In this document: in pieces, positions 45,554 through 55,061 of the stretch
Position numbering within the stretch: the first letter of the stretch is position 1
Layout: each line of letters starts with the position of its first letter
IMG/VR virus record: IMGVR_UViG_3300009873_000009
Span: 1-64,000 of that record
DNA: 64,000 bases
Source of the DNA: a virus
Taxonomy: Duplodnaviria; Caudoviricetes
Strand: one strand, 5' to 3'
The notes under the pieces: model-generated
Database searches by the model: none
Told to the model about the DNA's origin: nothing
Seen by the model: the letters and a program-made list of their open reading frames with translations, nothing else
Program-made: the position numbers and the translations under genes

Positions 45554-46774
45554 CTACACAGCCAAGAAACTCTCGCCAGCGAGGACGCGCTGCGTAGCCT
45601 CGGCGGCCTTTTCCTGACGGGTCTTGTAGTAGTCCTGGGTGGTGGAATTACGGAGGTGGTCCAACAGGTCAGTGACGTTAAACGCCTCCCAGCCAGTGCG
45701 GTCCCAGCCCCACACTCCGCAGACCGCGAACGAGTCGCTGCCACGAAGCATGCCGGCAATGCTGTTCGCCTTGACGTAGAACTGGCCGACCGCCATCGGA
45801 GGAGCACCTTCCGGACGTCCATTCTGGCGATTCCACCTCCCCCACGACTGCTGGATATTCCCAATCATGTCGCCATACTTGCTGCGCGCCCAATCGGTAT
45901 CCACGTAACCGACATGCGCCATAGCATGGGACCAGCTACCTCGCTGGGAAGCGACACCGTACTCGTCCGTCTCGGACGAGAACCCGTAGCCCGAGCACAC
46001 GTTAACGCCGAAGCCGAGGTAGATGGCGTCACGGTACTCCTCGAGACTCTGGATGGGGATGATCCACTTCGCCTTGTTCTTGCGGCTCTCCTCTTCGAGC
46101 CAGGCAGGGACGCCTCGCGAACCCTGACCAGCCCAATTCTCGGTGGACGAGGAGAAGCGGGTGAAATCCACCGACTCCTTACCATCCGGACTGGTGTAGA
46201 GCTTGCGGAACAGAAGACCGCCTTTACCCTCCGGACCGATGTAGCGGCAGGGGGCCGAGCAGGACCAGCCATCGCCGTTGTAGCCGCGGCTGCGATAGAT
46301 GTTCTCTTTGACAAGACGGCCCTTGTATTCCGTCTCGCCGAACAGCGCATCGTTCGCATGATCCATCTCAGCGGCGTTGCCCGTTCCGTGAACCGTGCAA
46401 CTCCCGCGGGTCTGCGCCTCATCTCCTCCCCAAGAGGGAGAGAAGTGCAACGCCGCCACATACGGAGCCGCGACCTTCCCTGTCCCAATGCCCTTGGCCC
46501 AAGGGAAAACGTCGTACAACCGCGGCATCGCGGTCATAAAGCGGTCGCAGGCGTCCCGCTCCTCCTTGGCGACCAGGCTGGGATTGATCCCAAGGAAGCC
46601 CCGACTATAGATCTCGTGGAGCTCAGCCGGAGTGGGACCGGTGTTAAATTCGTCCGCACTTGGCAATCCGGGCGCGCCGAAAAGCGGGTTCGCTCCCGCC
46701 CGCTGAACGCTCTCGCCCCGAACAACCTGCCAAGCATCTTCGAATGACTTGTTCGTGAATTCTTTGATCGCCAT
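45554..46774 (-). CDS. Papain-like (C1-type) cysteine peptidase
   Basis: QTRGSCTVHG (Cys), WSHAM (His), QQSWG in place of NSWG. Confidence 0.65.
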   Translation of the reverse strand: MAIKEFTNKSFEDAWQVVRGESVQRAGANPLFGAPGLPSADEFNTGPTPAELHEIYSRGFLGINPSLVAKEERDACDRFMTAMPRLYDVFPWAKGIGTGKVAAPYVAALHFSPSWGGDEAQTRGSCTVHGTGNAAEMDHANDALFGETEYKGRLVKENIYRSRGYNGDGWSCSAPCRYIGPEGKGGLLFRKLYTSPDGKESVDFTRFSSSTENWAGQGSRGVPAWLEEESRKNKAKWIIPIQSLEEYRDAIYLGFGVNVCSGYGFSSETDEYGVASQRGSWSHAMAHVGYVDTDWARSKYGDMIGNIQQSWGRWNRQNGRPEGAPPMAVGQFYVKANSIAGMLRGSDSFAVCGVWGWDRTGWEAFNVTDLLDHLRNSTTQDYYKTRQEKAAEATQRVLAGESFLAV

Positions 46775-46786
46775 CTGGTCTCTCCT

Positions 46787-47167
46787 TCAGAAGATTGGAG
46801 CTTGGGGGACTTCCCCTCGCCTGTGATGGATGGTGTGACCTCCTAACGCATCCCACTGAACCTCAAACACGAGCTCCGTCACGCGCACCCCTCGCACCAT
46901 CTTCGTCCAATGGCGCACGTAGTGACATACCCGATAGCCGTCGTGGTAGACGCGCACCGGAACCAGCCGTTGATTGACCCTCACAATCGGATAGCCGCCT
47001 CGATGGACCTCTATCTCCCAGCGCTCCCCATTTAGCATCTGGAAAGTTTCATAGAAGCGGTTCCGGTCCAAGCTGTATCCCTCCGCCGGACCGCCCCACC
47101 ACCAAGCGCCGTTCCACCAGAAGAGCGGAGCAACAAGCAGCAGCAGAGCGGCCGGCTTCATTGTCAA
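46787..47167 (-). CDS. Secreted/membrane hypothetical protein
   Basis: Hydrophobic N-terminus, 126 aa. Confidence 0.6.
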   Translation of the reverse strand: MTMKPAALLLLVAPLFWWNGAWWWGGPAEGYSLDRNRFYETFQMLNGERWEIEVHRGGYPIVRVNQRLVPVRVYHDGYRVCHYVRHWTKMVRGVRVTELVFEVQWDALGGHTIHHRRGEVPQAPIF

Positions 47168-47173
47168 ACCCTC

Positions 47174-47989
47174 CTACGGCAGGGATTCCGCAGCAGTGCG
47201 AATGGCCTCGCCGGTCTCCGTCCAGAGCGCGGCGATGCCCTTGACGTCATTCACCGTTAGCTTTCTATCTGCGAACATAGCAGCCTGCTTGTCCGCGAGC
47301 GGGCGGAAGAACGGAACGGCCCAGGCAGCAATGGTGGTTGTGTCCAAAGCCTGATTATTCAAGTCCTTGGTCTTGCTCCGGAACGTCTCGAGGTTCCATC
47401 CTCCATTCCGAGCAGGGTCGCCGCCCTGACTACCGACACTCAGATAGTTCTCGGCTACGGCCAACGCGCGCGCCTTGGTCATGGCCGGCTTCGGCACCGC
47501 GTCAAGCCACTTGCGAACCTCCCCTGCGAAGCCGGTCGGTGAGGGTCCGGGAGTCGGGCCAGGCGTTGGACCTGGCGTGGGACCGGGGACAGGGACGTTG
47601 CCATCCACTCGAAACTCCTTCGAGTACCGTTGAACATCGAACGAGACCGGAACCTTGAGCTTCTCCAGCTTGGCCTTGCTGATGTCGGTTGGATTGGCGG
47701 GGTCCGGAATCCAGACGGTGATCTCACGGAACGTCTGCGTCAGGACGGTCGCTTCAGCCCAGTGCGCTCCCGGAGGCGCCCACACGTGCAGTTTCTTCCC
47801 GCCCTCCAGCTCGAAGTATTTGCTCGCCGGATCGACCCGCCAGGAGATGGTGATCATTCCGTCCGCGGGGACAACACAGTTGCAGCCCACCACAATCGGG
47901 TCGTAAGGGGCGATCACGTCGGGAACCACCACCTGCGCCTGGCACAGCGCGGCAGTCGTGAGCAGAATCAGCAGAGAAACGAATCGCAT
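47174..47989 (-). CDS. Secreted protein with (PGPT)n linker
   Basis: Signal peptide MRFVSLLILLTTAALCQA; PGPTPGPTPGPTPGP. Confidence 0.75.
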   Translation of the reverse strand: MRFVSLLILLTTAALCQAQVVVPDVIAPYDPIVVGCNCVVPADGMITISWRVDPASKYFELEGGKKLHVWAPPGAHWAEATVLTQTFREITVWIPDPANPTDISKAKLEKLKVPVSFDVQRYSKEFRVDGNVPVPGPTPGPTPGPTPGPSPTGFAGEVRKWLDAVPKPAMTKARALAVAENYLSVGSQGGDPARNGGWNLETFRSKTKDLNNQALDTTTIAAWAVPFFRPLADKQAAMFADRKLTVNDVKGIAALWTETGEAIRTAAESLP

Positions 47990-48013
47990 CTTCAGGTCTC
48001 CTAGAGAAAAGGT

Positions 48014-48061
48014 GAAAGAAACGAGGACGGGAGCCAGCGGGCAAGGCAACTCCCGTCCTCG
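48014..48061 (-). terminator. Intrinsic terminator
   Basis: CGAGGACGGGAG/CTCCCGTCCTCG stem, then TTTCTTTC on the minus strand. Confidence 0.7.
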
Positions 48062-48083
48062 GCTCGGCCCATCCCGCCGAGGC

Positions 48084-48455
48084 TTAATGAGTGTCGAAGG
48101 GGTTCTGCGTGGTGGGGGTGACGGGCTGCGGCTTCGTGCTGTCCTTCACCTTCTGCCGTAGCCAGGTGAGCGCCGGGCGGACCATCGGGATCGTATAGGG
48201 GTCGATGAACCACCCCTCCACGAAGTCGTTGATCGGCAGGTCCACGTCCACCACGTACTTCTTGACGAGCGCTTCCACGTCCGTCACGAGCTCGTTGAAC
48301 GCGGCGTCGTCGTCACCGATGCCGACCATGATGAGCTGAAGCGCCACCATGACATCGTTGCCGATTTCCATCCCCTCCGCGATGGTGATTCGACCATCCG
48401 CGAGAGCGTCTTTCAGATTTGCCACCACCTTCTCCAACGCCGCTTGAAATCGCAT
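48084..48455 (-). CDS. Hypothetical protein
   Basis: 123 aa, GGAGA RBS. Confidence 0.7.
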   Translation of the reverse strand: MRFQAALEKVVANLKDALADGRITIAEGMEIGNDVMVALQLIMVGIGDDDAAFNELVTDVEALVKKYVVDVDLPINDFVEGWFIDPYTIPMVRPALTWLRQKVKDSTKPQPVTPTTQNPFDTH

Positions 48456-48526
48456 GGTCTGTCTCCTTGAACCAGGAACTAGAAACGCAAGTAAGGCGTT
48501 GTATAGAACGGCACGTCCTCTGTGGT

Positions 48527-48805
48527 CTACGGGATCGCGCCCTCCGGTATCTCCGGCAAGGGTGGGACTTCCCCCTCAACGATCTCCAGGTCTTCCAGGA
48601 CTCGATTTGCCAGCATGTAGAACGGCCAAGGCTCCTCGAGGAGCTGCTTCCCCTCCCACGGTTCCATGCCTGGCGCATGGAGACTTCCCACCAGGGACGC
48701 CTCGGCCTCGATCAGCAGAATAGCGGGCTGGTCCCCGGCCACTTCCCCCTTGTCCCAGGAGACCTCGAGTGGGACGCCCGCTCGTGTGCCACGTAGCCTG
48801 AACAT
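48527..48805 (-). CDS. Small acidic protein coupled to MuF (candidate immunity/partner)
   Basis: TAATG overlap with the MuF stop; 92 aa. Confidence 0.65.
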   Translation of the reverse strand: MFRLRGTRAGVPLEVSWDKGEVAGDQPAILLIEAEASLVGSLHAPGMEPWEGKQLLEEPWPFYMLANRVLEDLEIVEGEVPPLPEIPEGAIP

Positions 48806-51800
48806 TAGAGATCAAACCCTACAAGAATGCCAAGGGTGAAAGCAGCCTGTTCCTCATCAACCGCTTCGTCTAGTCCATAGGCTCCTTCCGCTCCCATGGA
48901 CAAGATCTCGAAGTGGTCATCTCGACCGTAGACGCGACCGGAGTAGTGGTTGAAGAACTCATCCTTGTAGCCAACCTCGGAGCTTCTGCCGTTGATGGCT
49001 GTTACCGTTTCACCTGGCTTGCGACGCTTCTGCAAGTAAGCAGACTCCACATGACCCAGCTGGGTTTTGGACTTGCGGCGATTGCGGCGGACGGACGTGT
49101 TCTCCACTACGTGCATGAGCTCATGAACCGCGGTGCCTGTCGTCCCTCGTTCCGAGCCCCCACTGATCCCAACTTCAATCAGGTGCGAGAAGACATCACC
49201 CTTCTGATAACCACGAGCCACTCCCTTCACTGTGATGCTTTTCTCGCTCGCGATCACCTTCAACCAATCCTTCGGCAGAAACTCCTTGCCCCGCTGCATT
49301 GCCTCGAAAGCCTTCTTATGTCCCTCGGAACCTTTAGCAGCTCGCATGTCAAGAGTCACACCACCGAAGTCTCGAACCTCCTTCAGCAGTCCTAGTACCT
49401 GCTCCGGCTTGGGCTTGTGGCGTTCCCGCAGCTTCCGAATCTCCTCTGCCGTAGCATTGTGCCGTTCACTAACCTCCTTGTATTTCCCCTCCCCATACTT
49501 CCGGTCCATCCAGTCCGCAAAGCCGAACGCCTTGTCCTTCGGCGCGGACTTGCGGTCTTCTGTCCACTCCCTAATGAACCTGTCCATCTCCGCTTGATTC
49601 GAGTCAGCTTCCCCTTGCAAAGCAGACAGCCGACGTTCCTTATCTGGATTGAAACCCTGACGATTCTTCAGCTCCTCTTGCACTACCCTGCCGACGCGAA
49701 CAGCGTCCTCCCACTTGGTTACACCCTTATCCCCAATCTCAGCCCACACCCGCTTCGAGAATTCCGTAGCCTCGCCAGTATGGGTGAGCCAGTCCGGCTT
49801 GCCTTCCACTCGAGGAGCGGGCGTCGTTGTCGTGATCGTAATGATGGGTCGCGGCGTTGTGGTAGGACGCGGGGCGATGAGCGGCTTGGGAGTGGTCGTT
49901 GTTCCTCCCGCAACCGGCCGTCCCGTGGTGGTCGTTGCGCCCTTGCTCGCTGTCAGGAACGCAGCCTGCTCCGGCGTCAGCTCGGCAGGAGCGCCACGCT
50001 TCTCCCATCCGCCTAGCTGTGCTCGGATAGTGGCATCGGAAGCTTTGAGGCCAGCAGCATCGAGCGCCGCCTTCGCCTCGCGGAAGGAGAACCCCTCCTT
50101 GCCCATCCAACGCACTACGGCTGTAGCGGCATGGTCGCTGAATTCCGGAGCAATAGGCTTCGGGTCTACCGGCGGAGCTGTAGTAAGTGGCCGCGGCGGA
50201 AGCGTCGTTGTCACGTACACAGGAACAAGCGCCGGAACCCGCTTCACGCCAGCAAGCTTGCGAGCTGCGTGACGGTGATTGCCGTCCAGAATACGCCCGT
50301 CCTTGTCCAAGCCGATAGGAGCATAGTCTCCTAACCGGCCCGAGCTGCCGAAGCTCTGGATATGCTTGGACAAGAAGCGGCTGGAATCGTTGATGTAGTC
50401 ATCGCCGAACTGTATCGGCTTGGCCTCCTCCAGGTCCACCATCCGCAACTCAAAGCCATCTGGAATCTGCTGTCCCGCTCGCGTGTAGAACGTAAGCAGA
50501 CCTTGGATTTCGTAATCAGCTAACGCAGCTACCTCAATGGAGACATCCTCCCCAATTTTTAGCAGCTTAGCATTGACCAGCTTGGGATTAACCCGAACTG
50601 CCCCTTCATGCTCCTTGAGCTTAGCCTGTAACTCGGCAAGCTCCTCCTTGCTCCAATTGTCCCTGTCCCGGATGTCCTCACGCGAGGGAAGGGTGAGGCG
50701 GCTTGGTGGCGGCTTGGGTGTGGGGGTTGTGGTGGTCGTTGTGGTCGTAAGCTGAGGGTCGACCGGGGGCTTCGGTGGGGGCTTGGGGGGAAGTACGTTG
50801 CCGGCCCTCACGCCTCGCAGATACTCCGCCTGTTCCAAGGTGAAGTCAGCCGGCGTTCCCCGTTTCTCCCATCCGCCTAGCTGCGCTCGGATGGTGGCGT
50901 CCGAGACGTCAACACCCAGGTCGGCGAGGACTCGCTTCGCATCCTTGAAGCTCCACCCCTCCTTGCCCATCCAGCGGATGGCCTCCGTCGGCTGCTTGTT
51001 GAACAAGCTCGGTGCGGGAGCGCCTACCGTAATCACATCTTGAGCAAAGGAGCGTTGCTGCGGTACGTCTAAGTCCGCGCCGGCCCACGCACTCTCCTCG
51101 TGCGGGTCTTCTGCTTTCGGTTTCTCGGCTCGCACGGAGGCAGACACAGCCTTGCCGATTTTAGCCTTGGTCCGCTTCTGGCCCTTTTCCTTGCGGTCGG
51201 CATCAGCAGGCACCCAAGCGCAACGGCAATTGGGATGGCGGGGGATGAGGCCTCGCGCCTCCTTCACCTTTAACACCACCCCTTCCATCGGTCCGCAGAG
51301 CGAGCAAACCTTGTCATCCCCTGCTGTAGACCACTCCGCCATCACGCCCACTTCCTCGACGCCAAGACGATCAAAAGCGTCTAGCTGTCCCTCCGCGTGA
51401 GCGTGAATCATCTCCGTTCGGGCGATGGTCATGGCCCGTTGCTTGGAGATGCCTATGGACTTGTGAATCTCCCCCGCCAGCTTCTTCGGATTCTGGCCGT
51501 GCGCAAGACCATCGGAGAGGATCTGGCTGAGGCGGGACGACATGCTAGCCGTCACCCCCTTCAGTCCCTCGAAGCTGCGAGTAGACAGCGCCTCGATACG
51601 CTTCGTGCCAGTCGGTGAGTCAAAAGCCTCGGTGAGAAACTGCTGCCGAGTCCCCGCATGGAAGTCGAGCTTCTCTGCCATAGCCTCCGGTCGAGCTTGG
51701 GCGAACGATCGCACGGTGCCATGCTTGTAGCTAGACCGAATATGCTCCGCGAGCCATGGCTCCTGCTTCTGGCCTGGTTTGACCTGGAGGATGCCGGCAT

Positions 51801-52038
51801 CCACCTGCTTCTTCAGCCACTCGCGATACTGGTCAATCTTCTTGTCGTCGGACAGAAACTTCCAACGCACGTTCAGCGCGAGGGGGTTCGCAGGCGCAAG
51901 ACCGAAGCAGTCCTCCTTATAGATCAGATCCCACGAGGCGTTCTCCAGAGCAGTCCAACGCCGCAGCATGTCGGCGAGGAACCGCTTCCGGATTGCGCCG
52001 GTTCTGGTGGGATCGGTCCTTAGGGGGTTCGCGGCCAA
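48805..52038 (-). CDS. MuF-family head morphogenesis protein with 2 HTH-like repeats, ParB-like domain and C-terminal HExxH zincin
   Basis: IARTE, EWSTAGDDKVCSLC, HPNCRC; DGRILDGNHR; AVHELMHVVE...EILSMG. TTG start after GAGGAG. Confidence 0.85.
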   Translation of the reverse strand: MAANPLRTDPTRTGAIRKRFLADMLRRWTALENASWDLIYKEDCFGLAPANPLALNVRWKFLSDDKKIDQYREWLKKQVDAGILQVKPGQKQEPWLAEHIRSSYKHGTVRSFAQARPEAMAEKLDFHAGTRQQFLTEAFDSPTGTKRIEALSTRSFEGLKGVTASMSSRLSQILSDGLAHGQNPKKLAGEIHKSIGISKQRAMTIARTEMIHAHAEGQLDAFDRLGVEEVGVMAEWSTAGDDKVCSLCGPMEGVVLKVKEARGLIPRHPNCRCAWVPADADRKEKGQKRTKAKIGKAVSASVRAEKPKAEDPHEESAWAGADLDVPQQRSFAQDVITVGAPAPSLFNKQPTEAIRWMGKEGWSFKDAKRVLADLGVDVSDATIRAQLGGWEKRGTPADFTLEQAEYLRGVRAGNVLPPKPPPKPPVDPQLTTTTTTTTPTPKPPPSRLTLPSREDIRDRDNWSKEELAELQAKLKEHEGAVRVNPKLVNAKLLKIGEDVSIEVAALADYEIQGLLTFYTRAGQQIPDGFELRMVDLEEAKPIQFGDDYINDSSRFLSKHIQSFGSSGRLGDYAPIGLDKDGRILDGNHRHAARKLAGVKRVPALVPVYVTTTLPPRPLTTAPPVDPKPIAPEFSDHAATAVVRWMGKEGFSFREAKAALDAAGLKASDATIRAQLGGWEKRGAPAELTPEQAAFLTASKGATTTTGRPVAGGTTTTPKPLIAPRPTTTPRPIITITTTTPAPRVEGKPDWLTHTGEATEFSKRVWAEIGDKGVTKWEDAVRVGRVVQEELKNRQGFNPDKERRLSALQGEADSNQAEMDRFIREWTEDRKSAPKDKAFGFADWMDRKYGEGKYKEVSERHNATAEEIRKLRERHKPKPEQVLGLLKEVRDFGGVTLDMRAAKGSEGHKKAFEAMQRGKEFLPKDWLKVIASEKSITVKGVARGYQKGDVFSHLIEVGISGGSERGTTGTAVHELMHVVENTSVRRNRRKSKTQLGHVESAYLQKRRKPGETVTAINGRSSEVGYKDEFFNHYSGRVYGRDDHFEILSMGAEGAYGLDEAVDEEQAAFTLGILVGFDL

Positions 52039-52053
52039 GCGGTCTCCTCAAGT

Positions 52054-52098
52054 AAAAGAAAACCGCCGCCAGGGGAAGATGCGAGCCCCGGCGGCGGT
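52054..52098 (-). terminator. Intrinsic terminator upstream of MuF
   Basis: ACCGCCGCC/GGCGGCGGT stem, then TTTTCTTTT on the minus strand. Confidence 0.7.
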
Positions 52099-52132
52099 GA
52101 GCTCAAGCGCCGAGCGTGCGGACGCGAGCTAC

Positions 52133-52531
52133 TTAGAAGGTGATGGCGCCGCTGATGACAAGCGAGCCATCGGGGAGGACAATCACCAGATACCACGTGT
52201 CCGACCCATTCTCGCCGATGGCGACATCGATGTCCCCGTCGGCCTCGGACACGAGAAGCCCCGCCTTGTTCGCGACGTTCTCGATCATGAGACCATCGGT
52301 TCCGGCGGCGACCGTGTCAGGGGCCGTCCCAGCCAGCGAGCTGCCGTCGGCATCATCCGAGAGATAGAACTGCACGGCACCTGGCGTGTCCAAGTCGTTG
52401 CCGTTCGCGTCCTGGAGCTGGACGCTCACCGTAATGGAATCATTGTCCTCCGCACCAACGCTGATGCTGGCGCGTCCGACGTGATTCGCGGCCTTGAAAG
52501 GCGAGGCCGCCGCGGGAAGTTTGCCGCTCAT
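52133..52531 (-). CDS. Hypothetical beta-rich protein
   Basis: 132 aa, ATGA overlap. Confidence 0.7.
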   Translation of the reverse strand: MSGKLPAAASPFKAANHVGRASISVGAEDNDSITVSVQLQDANGNDLDTPGAVQFYLSDDADGSSLAGTAPDTVAAGTDGLMIENVANKAGLLVSEADGDIDVAIGENGSDTWYLVIVLPDGSLVISGAITF

Positions 52532-52722
52532 GACTCATCTCCTGTGTGATGGACTTTGAAGATCTCTTCCAAGGCCTCAGCCATGGTCAGCACTGCCAGA
52601 AACGGCGCATTCTTAGCACAATGCTCGACGTAGCCACGTAGCCAAGCCTGTGCTGTCTGGTCGTTCCGGAGTGACCGTTGAATGGCGCATTGTAACGTGG
52701 CAAGCTCTTGATCGGGACTCAT
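52528..52722 (-). CDS. Hypothetical protein
   Basis: MSPDQELATL..., coupled at both ends. Confidence 0.55.
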   Translation of the reverse strand: MSPDQELATLQCAIQRSLRNDQTAQAWLRGYVEHCAKNAPFLAVLTMAEALEEIFKVHHTGDES

Positions 52723-52958
52723 TGCAGCTTCTCTCCCTTTCTCAAGATCTGCACGAACTCCATGCGCAAGGGCGGGCCGCCTCCGTCCTCCAAGAATCGG
52801 CACGCCTGATAGACGTAGGTAAGCGGGTACTTCCGCGTGCCTCCGGAGTGCGTATAGATGGGAAGCTTCCCAGGGCAGTCGATCAGTTTGACATGCCGGC
52901 GATCTCCATCCAACGGACCGCCGGCAAACTCACACTCAGCCCGCAGGTAGTCAGCCAT
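52719..52958 (-). CDS. Small GGPxDG-motif protein
   Basis: MADYLRAECEFAGGPLDG... Confidence 0.6.
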   Translation of the reverse strand: MADYLRAECEFAGGPLDGDRRHVKLIDCPGKLPIYTHSGGTRKYPLTYVYQACRFLEDGGGPPLRMEFVQILRKGEKLQ

Positions 52959-53077
52959 CTTCGTCCTCCTCCCCATCCTCGGAAGGAACCACCCCTTCGT
53001 GACCGCACAGGTGGCAGTAGTAAACGAGCCCGCCATCCACCTCGCTACGTTCGAAGTCGTCCACTTCTCGCGAACAG

Positions 53078-54754
53078 CTATCGCATCGGATTGGGTGGTC
53101 CATTCGTCGGTCCTCCTTGGCCAGGCGGTCCCTTCTGAGGTGGTCCGTTCGGAGGTCCGTTGGGAGGCGGCGGGGGAGGGATCGGTTTCCCGTCGGGCGT
53201 CATGCCGAGCTCAGCCATCGCAGCACGTTCCTCCTCCTGCTTGGCTTCGAGCTCGACCTGATGCTCCATCGCCGCTTCCATAATGGCCTCAGCCTCGTCC
53301 TCCTCGAGACCTAGGATGATGGTGAGATACTCCTTCGGCGGGATGAGCGTCTCGACATCCCCGCCCACGTACTTCGCAAGCGCCTCCGTCTTCTTGGCCG
53401 CAATGTCCACCTTGTCCTTCGGAGCTGGTGCGTTGAGGTCAGGCCAATGGACGTCGTACTGCTCCGGCTCCGGCAGCACTCCCGCGGCAATGAGGCGGTC
53501 CACGAACTCCCGAATGATCATCGGCGTCACGTAGCGCTGCTGACGGCGAATGATGCGGTTGTTCCACGTCTCCTGGTCTTGCGTGGACGCCAGATGAGCC
53601 GCCTCGCTCCCGAGGAAGATGCGATAGGGCGCTCCGATGGTGATGGCAATTGCCATGAGCTGGGCCTTGATCTGCGGCTCCGGGCTCACCACTTGCGGCG
53701 CGAGGGACTTGGCCTCGACTCCTTCAAGCGTCAGGTAGCGTTGCAGTCCCTCCGCCCACTTCTCGATCTCGCCTTTCAGCTCATCGCGGTCAATGGCGAT
53801 AGTGTTCTCCGGGTCGCCCTCGAAGCTGAAGCCAGGCAGAGCGCCACGCCAATACATCTCCGCCGAGCCGCCGAGCACCTTCTGCAAGTCGAGGAGGCGG
53901 TTCCAGACAGGGCGCTGCCGCGGAGTGCCGAACGTCTCACTCCCCTTGCGGTTGTCCGCGACATGGATGACGTGAGTCCAATGCACCTTAGTGGACTTGC
54001 TATCCGGCAGCGTCTGCGCCGAGGCCATCTCCGTGGGAGTGAACAGCGTGATATTGTAATACTTCGGCAGGCCATAGCGAGGATTCGTCACGTCCTGTTC
54101 GTACTCTGCGATCTTAGCCGCCTCCTCATCAAACGGCCGCAGATACAGCAGCTGCTTGGAAACTCCCTCCACCGAAGGCGCAACATCCAGCACGCCCTCC
54201 GGAGGGATTGTGGTCGTTGTAGGCGCTCCTGTGGTCGTAGTCCCAGGCGGTTCGGCGTTCTCGACCGGCTCTTTCTCTGGCTTCGGTGCCTTGCGCTTGA
54301 CGTTGGACGTCTTCGGGGGCTTGGTCTTCTGAGACAGACGTGCCTTGACCGCCTCCTCAACGCCGGGGACAGGCTCCTCAAGTGACGTGCCGAAGCCGAG
54401 CAGGAGCACGCCATAGTGACCAATGCCGGAGAGCTCGTCAATCCGTTGTAGATAGTGGAAGACGTTGTGGAGCTTCGCCAGGTCTTCCCAAGCCTGCTCG
54501 AATTCGGTCAGCTCCGGTTCTTCCTGCTCGAAGATTTCCGGTTCAACCACCCAGGTCTCCGTCGGGTAGATAGAGACAACACGCTCCGCAACGTCGCCAC
54601 GATCGTAGGACTTGCGATACTCCGCCGGTGTTATGGAATCGGGATAGTTACACTCGTCCCAGAGGTCACGGCCGGTCTCTCCCGTGATGCGTCTAAGCCA
54701 TGCGAGGCGTTGCGACGCAATGTTATTGAGGACCATTTCCAAAGTCTTGCTCAT
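53078..54754 (-). CDS. Portal protein (DUF1073-like)
   Basis: ELSGIGHYGVLLL, NPRYGLPKYY, VHWTHVIH, PYRIFLG; lies after terL. It has a Thr/Pro insertion and a Pro-rich tail. Confidence 0.85.
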   Translation of the reverse strand: MSKTLEMVLNNIASQRLAWLRRITGETGRDLWDECNYPDSITPAEYRKSYDRGDVAERVVSIYPTETWVVEPEIFEQEEPELTEFEQAWEDLAKLHNVFHYLQRIDELSGIGHYGVLLLGFGTSLEEPVPGVEEAVKARLSQKTKPPKTSNVKRKAPKPEKEPVENAEPPGTTTTGAPTTTTIPPEGVLDVAPSVEGVSKQLLYLRPFDEEAAKIAEYEQDVTNPRYGLPKYYNITLFTPTEMASAQTLPDSKSTKVHWTHVIHVADNRKGSETFGTPRQRPVWNRLLDLQKVLGGSAEMYWRGALPGFSFEGDPENTIAIDRDELKGEIEKWAEGLQRYLTLEGVEAKSLAPQVVSPEPQIKAQLMAIAITIGAPYRIFLGSEAAHLASTQDQETWNNRIIRRQQRYVTPMIIREFVDRLIAAGVLPEPEQYDVHWPDLNAPAPKDKVDIAAKKTEALAKYVGGDVETLIPPKEYLTIILGLEEDEAEAIMEAAMEHQVELEAKQEEERAAMAELGMTPDGKPIPPPPPPNGPPNGPPQKGPPGQGGPTNGPPNPMR

Positions 54755-54821
54755 TTGTCAGCTCCTCGAGGAGTACGAAGGGTCGCCGATCAATCCAAGG
54801 ACGTCAAACGACTGGTCCCAC

Positions 54822-55049
54822 TTACGCAGGCGAATTGGAGCGTTTTGCTAGAGCCTTGGCACGGCGGCTCAGCCCAGGCAGGCGGCTCGCGGCGGCTCGC
54901 GCCTTCTCCTGCGCTTGGACCTGTTTCTCGACAACGATCTGAGCCACAACCTCCTCACTGAACGTCGGAGGGGTCCGCCCCTCGAAGTCCGCCAGCTGGG
55001 ATTGGAGCTCGTCCTTGGACAGACGCCGACTGCGATCAATGGTCTCCAT
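54822..55049 (-). CDS. Hypothetical protein
   Basis: 75 aa with RBS, between terL and portal. Confidence 0.55.
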   Translation of the reverse strand: METIDRSRRLSKDELQSQLADFEGRTPPTFSEEVVAQIVVEKQVQAQEKARAAASRLPGLSRRAKALAKRSNSPA

Positions 55050-55061
55050 CCTTTTCTTCTC

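Noticed and set aside
53078-54754. Anti-CBASS Acb1 label sometimes attached to DUF1073 proteins
   Set aside because: Size and position after terL indicate a portal, and no HxT/HxS phosphoesterase pair was evident.
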